Shown here: in pieces, positions 27,301-36,300 of the stretch
Layout: each line of letters begins with the position of its first letter
How positions within the stretch are numbered: position 1 is the stretch's first letter
NCBI GenBank assembly: GCA_965219575.1
Contig: OZ244779.1
Span: forward strand, 1,292,769-1,356,768
From: Candidatus Oxydemutatoraceae bacterium
GTDB lineage: Bacteria; Pseudomonadota; Gammaproteobacteria; Poriferisulfidales; Oxydemutatoraceae
Direction of reading: 5' to 3'
DNA: 64,000 nucleotides
Notes under the pieces: generated by a model
The model's database searches: none
What the model saw: only the letters and a program-made list of their open reading frames with translations
What the model was told of the DNA's origin: nothing
Translations under genes and position numbers: made by a program

Positions 27301-30300
27301 TATTTCGTCGGTAATATTGCCGTGGACGGTCGATCGGCGGTTGCCGGCGGTTTGGTCGGCGATGTAGATTCGGATCTAATCATCACCGACAGTTATGTGG
27401 TCGGCAGGATTACGGCAGAACACGATGGCGGATTTATAGGCGGTTTGGTCGGGGTACGTTCATCGTCGGTTCTTGAAATCGGCAACAGCTATGCGAGTGT
27501 TCTGGCAACCAGAGCCGGTATGCCGCAAGGTTTATTCGGCGGCAATAGAGATCCGCAAGATCGGTTTGCACCGGTTTCCCACGCAATTTATGAAGACGAA
27601 GACATCGCCGCAACCGATGTGACTTTGGGAGAGAGTAAGCGTACCGCCGAACTTCAATCACCGACGAGTGCAACCGGCATCTATATAAGCTGGGATAGCG
27701 ATAGCTGGGATTTCGGCACCGCTAAGCACTATCCGGCGATTAAGTATAATTTGCAGGCGCACGCTACCGATGGTGATGCACATTGTGATACGGCGGATAT
27801 TCAAAAACGTCCCGATGCATGTCGCACCTTACTTCGTCATCAAGGGAGTCTATTGCGAGACTTAGAATTATCCGAAGGCGCAGGTTTGTCCAGCCCTTTT
27901 ACATTTACATCGTTTGATTACGGTATATCGGTCAATGCCGATCGGAGTACCATTCGTATGTTGCCGACCGCATTTAACGGAGTAGCGACGGTGGAGGTTT
28001 TTAAGGATGGTGATCCGATAGGAGCAAGCGATAGCGGCGAATGGACGGTGCCGATACCGTTGAACGACATCGGCGATACGGTTGTCGGTTTGGTCGTAAA
28101 AGAAGGCAAACGACATTCTTACCGATATCAATTCATTGTCAATCGTATCGATACCGTAGTTCAAAACATAGATGAGGACGGTGATGGACTAATAGAGATT
28201 AACGATGCGACACATTTGAATGCCGTCCGTCACCGCTTGGACGGTAGTGCTTATCAAGAACGAGAAACTGCCGATGCGGTCTATTGTATCGGCGGTTGTA
28301 CGGGATACGAACTGACTGCCGATATAGACCTTGCCGGGATTTCTTGGTGGCCTATAGGTAATCTGAGTGAACCTTTTACCGGTGTATTCAACGGCAACGG
28401 CCATAAAATTTCCAATTTGACTATAAAGGCAAACAATATTAACAATATCGGTTTATTCGGAGCAATCGGAGATAACGGCAGGGTTGAGAATATCGCTCTA
28501 GTGAATGTGGATATCGCCGGACGAAACACTATCGGTAGCATCGCCGGCTACAACTTCGGCACGATTATCAATAGCTATGCAGAGGGTAAGCTCTCGGCTA
28601 TGTCCGAGTATGGTGGTGGTTTGGTCGGTAGAAACAGACGCGGCACGATCGTCAATAGCTATGCGAATGTCGACGTACGAGTGCATAGTGATCATGCCGG
28701 CGGTTTGGTCGGTTGGAATGAAATAGGGAGTTCTATCGTTAATAGTTATGCGGTCGGTGATGTGCAGGCAAGTAATGGCGGTGCAGGTGGTTTGGTCGGT
28801 AATAATCATTCAAGAATTCACACGAGCTATGCAATCGGTGATGTACGGGCAAGTAATGGCAGCGCAGGAGGGTTAGTGGCAGCATACATAGCCGAGCATA
28901 AAATTACCGATAGTTATCATAGAGAAGGCGGAGTGAGCTCCGCAACCGTCTCATTTACCGAAACTACAAAAACTGCGACGGCACTCAAGATCGGTATGCC
29001 GTCGAATGATATCTACAGCGGATGGAATAGAGGCGATTGGCACTTCGGTAATGCAGAGCAATATCCGGCGTTGCTTTATGCGCCGGGCGACGGCGAAAAT
29101 AAGGCATGTAGGCAGCCGTCTTCGGAGCAATTATCCGATTGCGACGGCAGGTTGTTCGCAAACTTGTCGGAGCATGACAAAACGGTTATATGTCGTAGCC
29201 TGATGTCGAGATTGCCGCAAGAGACACCGTATTGTGGTGCTTTGCTACCCGAACAACGCGCCGGGTTGGTTCAAATGGAGTTCTCAAAAAATGCATACTT
29301 GATTCCGGCATTTAATCCCGAGGTATACGACTATAATCTAATCGTCAATCAGGGCAACGAGATTCGTACCACACCGACCGCTTATTACGGCACCGATACG
29401 ATTACCGTAGACGCAGATGGCTTGAGTTCACCGAGTGGTAGCGGGCAAAGTTCGTCGTTCACTCTAAACGACGGTTTAGACAGCATTGTAATTACGGTGC
29501 GTGCTGCGAATCATAATGTAGCGACGCGCTATACGATTAGGGTACTGAACGATATTGCGATAGTAGGAGGTTTGATATCGATTGATTATCTGGAAGATTT
29601 GGATTTGATGCGTTATTCTTTGGCACAGGTATCGGCCACCTTGGACGGTTGCCCTATAGATACCGAAGATAACATGAGGCGATGCAGGGGTTACAGGCTG
29701 AACAGAGACTTAGACTTTAAGGATCCTATGAGCTATCGTGCAGGTAGGATCAACTCGATGTGGACGACCGGTGCCGGGTGGCAACCGATAGGAAACCGTA
29801 GCAACCCTTTCGGATATTCGTTTAACGGTAATGCACATACGATATCGAATTTGAGGATACACGGTATCTCTGCCGATGATATCGGTTTATTCGGTGTTTC
29901 GGCGGACGGCGCGAGAATTGAGAACATCGGCTTAGTCGCTGCGGATATTAATGTTAACGGTCAATCTAATATCGGCACTTTGGTAGGCGAGAATCGCGGT
30001 GAGATCGTCAATAGCTATGTGATAGGCGGTGCTGTCCGTGGCGGTTCTCGTGTAGGTGGATTGACCGGTAGGAATTCGGGTGAGATCGTTAATAGCTATA
30101 CGGATATTGCAGTCACCGGAATTAATTTTGTCGGTGGTTTAGCCGGCAGTAGCCGATCGGGTTCAAGAATCTACAATAGTTATACGAATGGTACGGTTAG
30201 CGGAAACGAATTCGTAGGGGGTTTAGTCGGCTCATCACAAGCGAGTATCTTGAATAGTTATGCAAACGCTGCGGTTATCGGCAGTCGGTCCGTGGGAGGG

Positions 30301-33300
30301 TTAGTCGGCAGAGCAGGTAATAGAATTATCAACAGCTATGCAATCGGAAAAATATCGGGTCGTAGTGGGGGATTAATAGGTAGTGCTTTGAGCAATTTTT
30401 TCTTTATTCAGAGTTATTGGGATGTTGCTACGAGTACGGTGGGAGATGACAATAATAATCTCAACGGTGTCGGCAAGACGACATCGGAGCTCCAAACAGC
30501 TGCGATCGGAGATGGAATCTATCGCAACTGGGATAGTGAAAATTGGTATTCCGAGGCCGGTCAATATCCGGCATTGAGATATACCGGTGCTATCGATATA
30601 ATCACTCGCTCGGCGTGCCGAGTATCCGAAAATATACATGCCGAGACACCGATATGTGGGACCTTGTTGCCGGCGCAACGCCGCACCGGTTTAAGCAATT
30701 TAGCACTTTCAAGTGATGTAGGCCGGATTTTGCTATTAAAACCCGATTTTCATTTCGGAATATACGATTACAATTTGATATTAAAAAGTGATGCGCGTCA
30801 ATTTAGTATTATTCCGCATACGTTTAACCCGAATGCGGTGATCGTAATAAACGACGATAAAGAATTACGAAGTGGTCAAATCACTACGCTTACTATAGAT
30901 AATAGCGATAATTTTTTGTTGACGCTGACAGTCCGAGATACTCTAATTTTTGCAACTACGAGAACGACGAGTTATCGGCTTAGGGTGAGCAAGCATCCAC
31001 TTATTACCGTCAACGATATAGACGATGACGACGACGGTTTAATAGAGATTCGCAATATAGACGATTTGAATGTAATGCGTTATCAATTAGACGGTAGCGG
31101 TTATAGAGCGAGCGAAGACAACATTAAAATCATCGAGGGCTGTCCGAACGATATATGTTCGGGTTATGAATTAACACGAGACTTGGACTTCCGCAACGCA
31201 GCAAGCTACTACTCGGGGGTGGTGAATACCGAATGGGCGGAGAGTTGGCAATCTATAGGAGATCGAGATAATCCGTTCGCCGGTGTGTTCAACGGCAACG
31301 ATCATACTATTTCAAATCTACGCATCGATAAGACCGACACCGATCATGTCGGCTTATTTGCGGCATTATCCGACGGTGCGCAAGTCGGAAATGTTAATTT
31401 GGCGGATGTAGATATTGCCGGTCGTTTCGGTGTCGGGAGTCTAGCTGCCTATAATGCCGGGGTCATAGACAACAGTTCTGCCGACGGCACGGTGGCGGGA
31501 GAACATGACGTCGGCGGTTTGGTGGCCTATAATGTCGGTCGTGTTTCTAATAGTTATGCCTACGGTGTGGTGTCGGGGAGATCTTCGGTCGGCGGTTTGG
31601 TGGCTCGAAACGAAAGCACCGGGGTGATTGCAAGCAGCTATAGCTTGAACCGTGTATCGGGCAATGATAGTATCGGTGGTTTAGTCGGTTTGAACCTCGG
31701 TTCTATCGCAAACACTTATGCAAGCGGCGGTGTCGAGGGAAACACGCGCATCGGTGGTTTGGTCGGTGACAACGGGGGTTCGGTCGGCAACAGTTATGCG
31801 ACGGCGGCTATAATATGCACGGGCGTGCCTGCGTGTGCTTCGTATACGGTCGCCACGGGCGGGCTAATCGGTAACAATGCCGATGGTGGTAATGCCGTAA
31901 ATAGCTATTGGGATACCGGTGTGAGCAACATGCGAATATCCGCCGGTGGTGTCGGTAAGACCACCCTGCAACTACGATCGGGCAACAGCCAATCGTCGGA
32001 TTCAAGCAGCGCGTATTACCAATGGAATAGTAGCGATTGGCATTTCGGTAATGCAGATCAATATCCGATACTTAAATATACCACCGGCACCGAGAGTATG
32101 CTTGTCGGTTTGCAGTCTTATGGTTTGGCAAGTTTGACAATCGCAGAGATTGTAACGCTATCTCCGAACTTCGATGCGACCCAATTGCATTATCGTGTCG
32201 GTGTAGAATTGGATACCGATATAAGTCGCTTACATTTGACACCGAATGCATTGAACGAGGGTGCAACTATTCGTATCGTCAGCGACAATGGTTTCGACGA
32301 GACGGTCGAGAGCGGTAGCGACAGTTCGGCGATTGTATTACGCTCTACCGATACGACGGTGATTAGCATCGAAGTCTCGGGGGCGCGACGCGTCCGATAT
32401 CGGTTTGAAGTCGATTATTTCTCTTCGGGTCTAGATGATATCGATACCGACAAAGACGGATTGATAGAGATTCTGACACTCGAAGATTTGGATGCGATAC
32501 GCAACGTTTTGGACGGTAGATATCTTAGATATCAAAACGCCGACGGTGTATTGATAGAAAGTGCCGGAGGTTGTCCGATCAGCGGCTGCAAAGGCTATGA
32601 GTTATTGCGAGACTTAGATTTTAATAACCCGGCACATTACCGAGCGGGTCGTGTCAACACGGCATGGACCGGCGGGGCAGGTTGGCAGCCGATAGGCACA
32701 TCGCTACATCCGTTCACGGCAACATTCAAAGGCAACGGCTATACGATTTCTAATTTGAGGGTGAATAGACCGGATAGAGACGGCGGTTTATTCGGTGTGA
32801 TAGACGGTAGCGAAAGCGATGTCGTAATAGAGGATCTAGGTTTGTCGGATGTAGATATAGTCGGCGGTGCGTATGTCGGTGGTCTGGTCGGCACTAACCG
32901 AGCGGGCGACATTCGCAAGAGTTATGTCACCGGTTATGTGGTGGCAAGAGGTGACGGCACATCGGCAATCGTCGGCGGTCTGGTCGGTAGGAATGTTGCC
33001 GGCTCGATTACCGAGTCGTATGCCGAGACACAAGTGAGAGGCAGTCTATCGGTCGGATTGTCGGTGGCATTGGCAGGTGGTTTGGTTGCCCTGAACGACG
33101 GTCGTGGTCGTATCGAGAATAGTTATGCGGTGGGGTCGGTAATCGGGTCGGGTTATGTCGGTGGTTTGGTTGCTCTCAATCGAAACTCTAGCGAAATCGT
33201 CGACAGCTATGCGGTGAATAAGGCTATAGCCATCGGAGCGATGTCTAAGGTAGGCGGTTTGGTTGCCGTCAACGGTTCGGAGGTTGACGATAGTTATTGG

Positions 33301-36300
33301 GATATAGAGGTCGGTGGTATCGCAGCGAGTGCCGCCGGCACTTCTGCGACTACGGCAATACTCCGATCGTCCACACCGACTTCACCGATCAATAGTATTT
33401 ATAAAGACTGGGATACCGATGTTTGGGAGTTCGCAGATGCGAATCGCTATCCCGAACTGAAAGCCATTGCCGATGTGCCGTTACTTGCTCCCGAAGGAAA
33501 GAGTTTGTTGCAAAGTTTGACCTTATCGAACAATGTTTGGTTATTTCCGTCTTTTCATCCGCTCATTTTCGACTACGATCTGATAGCCGAGGCCGATCGA
33601 ATGACCGAAGTACGAATCGATACCACCTCGACTCGAGTAGGTACGACAATCGATATTGCTTGTCGCAACGGCTTGATATGTTCGCCGGGTATTCCGACAT
33701 CGTTTGTATTGGACGGTAGCGATACAGGGAAAATTACGATAACCACGCATAACCTCGATGCCGGCGAATTGTCGTATAACTTCTCGATACGTTATCACGA
33801 GCTAAAGATTGAACGAGTGACGGCAACGACAACGACAAGCGTGCCGTTATCGTTGTCAATAGCCGAAGGCGAGCGTGTTCGTTTGATAGCTTCTTATGAT
33901 TTCGGTTTGAGTGCGGATTCTTATCGCTACCAATGGCGACAATCGTCGGGTGATATTCTGAAGTTTAACGATAAGCAATCGCCGGTTGATACGCAAAATG
34001 CAATGTTGGATTTTACGATACCCGACGATGTCGTGTCTAAGCAAGACGATAGCCGTATCGTTCAGTTGATAGCGGAAGTTAATGTGAACGATGATATCTA
34101 TCTAAGCAAGGCAGTAGCGTTGATAATTTCCAAACGGAATAACGACACTGCCGATCGTATTCGCTTGCTCAAAAATAGGGATAAACCGTACACTTATACC
34201 GTTCGAATTGAAAGAGAAGACGGTGGCGAGTTTGTAGACCGCGACGGGGGTTTTTCCGAAACCTATATACATTGGCAACGTCGTCGTAACAGTGCAGAGG
34301 ATTGGGTCGATGTCGGGAGCGGGTCTCCGTATACCATTCCCGACGAAGGAGATTATCAATATCGCGCACTCGCTATATATGAAGACAATCAAGGTTATCG
34401 CAAACAATTTGAATCCAGAGTCATAAATTATTTAGATATAGACGATGACGGCGACGGTCTGATAGAGATTCGTTATTTGGAAGAGTTGAATGCGATACGT
34501 TATCAGCCGAACGGTAGCGGGTATAAAGCGAAAGCGAAAGCGAAGAAGATTACTGCGGGCTGCCCTTTGGTCAACGGTAAAGAGAAATGCCGAGGCTATG
34601 AACTGGTCGCAGATTTGGATTTTAACAAGAACGAAAGCTATCGTACATCGAATCGGGCTATCCGCACCGCACTCAAGAATAGTTGGATGGTGAGCGATTT
34701 CACCGATGCAAGCGATTCGGGTTGGCAGCCTATAGGTGGGTTTAATGCCGTATTTAACGGCAACGGTTATACGATATCCAATATGCAAATAAACCGTAGC
34801 GTCGGCAATACAAACAACATAGGTCTATTTTCCCAAATAGGCGCAGTCGGAAGAGTTAAGAACTTGGGGCTTATAGATCCGGTAATCAAAGGTCTGGTCG
34901 GAGTCAAAAATGTAGGCGGCATTGCCGGCAGAATAGAACGCGGCGGTGTCGTCATGAATAGCTATGTGGCCGGCGATGTCGGCGCGGGAAACACCGATAA
35001 AATAATAACCGGCGATGTCGGGTTCGGCAAAGGTAGAGGTTTCCTAGGCGGGCTGGTAGGCTGGAACAAAGGTTTTATACTCAATAGTTATGCAAAGATC
35101 AACCTGATTTCCGAAGATTCCGGAACACCGGCAAACAAGCGGGTCGGAGTAGGCGGTTTGGTCGGTCGGAACATAGACGGCGGCAAGGTGTATAACAGCT
35201 ATGCGACCGGTGAGGTGAGAGGCCCTTGCATCGTCGGTGGTTTGGTAGGCAATCAGTTTTCCACCAATTCGGATCGGTTAGCGACAAGGAGCGAGATCAA
35301 AAACAGCTATGCGACCGGCAAAGTAGAGACCGGGTTCGGGACATGTAGTAATTCAGACGACAGAATTGCCGGTGGTTTAGTCGGTTTTAATAATAATTCA
35401 AGGATTGAAAATAGTTATGCCTTAGGTGAAATTTCCGGTGACGGTACACGCGCCGGCTTGGTTGCCGGAAGGTTTCCCGTCGGTGGCACCTCTATTGCAA
35501 ACCCGGTCAATAGTTATTGGAATTTTAGTACAAATTGTACCGATGGTTTAATATTCGACTCGGATAATAATAGGATACCCGTCGTGTTTTGTTATAAGAG
35601 CTCCGTTCCCACTCCGGTACCTCCCAATGCAAGGTTGAGTTTCGGGCTTCAATCGGCTACGATGCCGGATTTTGATTATGCGGCGTGTATAGAAGATAGT
35701 GGTGTTACTCGCCAATGTAGGACTTATGTAAATTGGAGTACTGTCAATTGGGATTTCGGCACTGTACAACAATATCCGGCACTCAAATACGGAGTCGGAT
35801 TGGATACCGATAACCCGGGTTGCGACACCGATCCCGAGACGGCATTGCCGAGTTGTAATGCTTTATTGTCCGGTCAGATTGCCGATGCACTTTTATTGAA
35901 TAGTCTTAGCTTATCCGCCGATTCAAAATCTGTGCAGCTGATCCCGAGCTTTATGCCGAGTAGATTGAACTACGAAGCGATAATTATTGCCGAGACATTA
36001 CCGGTTGTTATAAAAATCGCCACGAAGATCGGCGGCGGTAGTGAAATAACATTTCGTGAAGACGGTGACACACCCTTGCTCAAACAATCGGACAGTACCG
36101 CACAAGTTAGTGCGAATAGATCATTTAACCTCGGGATTGAGACTACACGCGAAAGTTATAGAAAAGCGAGCTATCAAATCCGGATATACTTAAGGCATCT
36201 GCCTCGGCCGAATGTACTCACGGTGGTCAACGGTAGCAGGCCCACCGAATTGATCACCGGAGATATTTTTGTTTTAGACGAAGGAGATATCGTTCGCTTC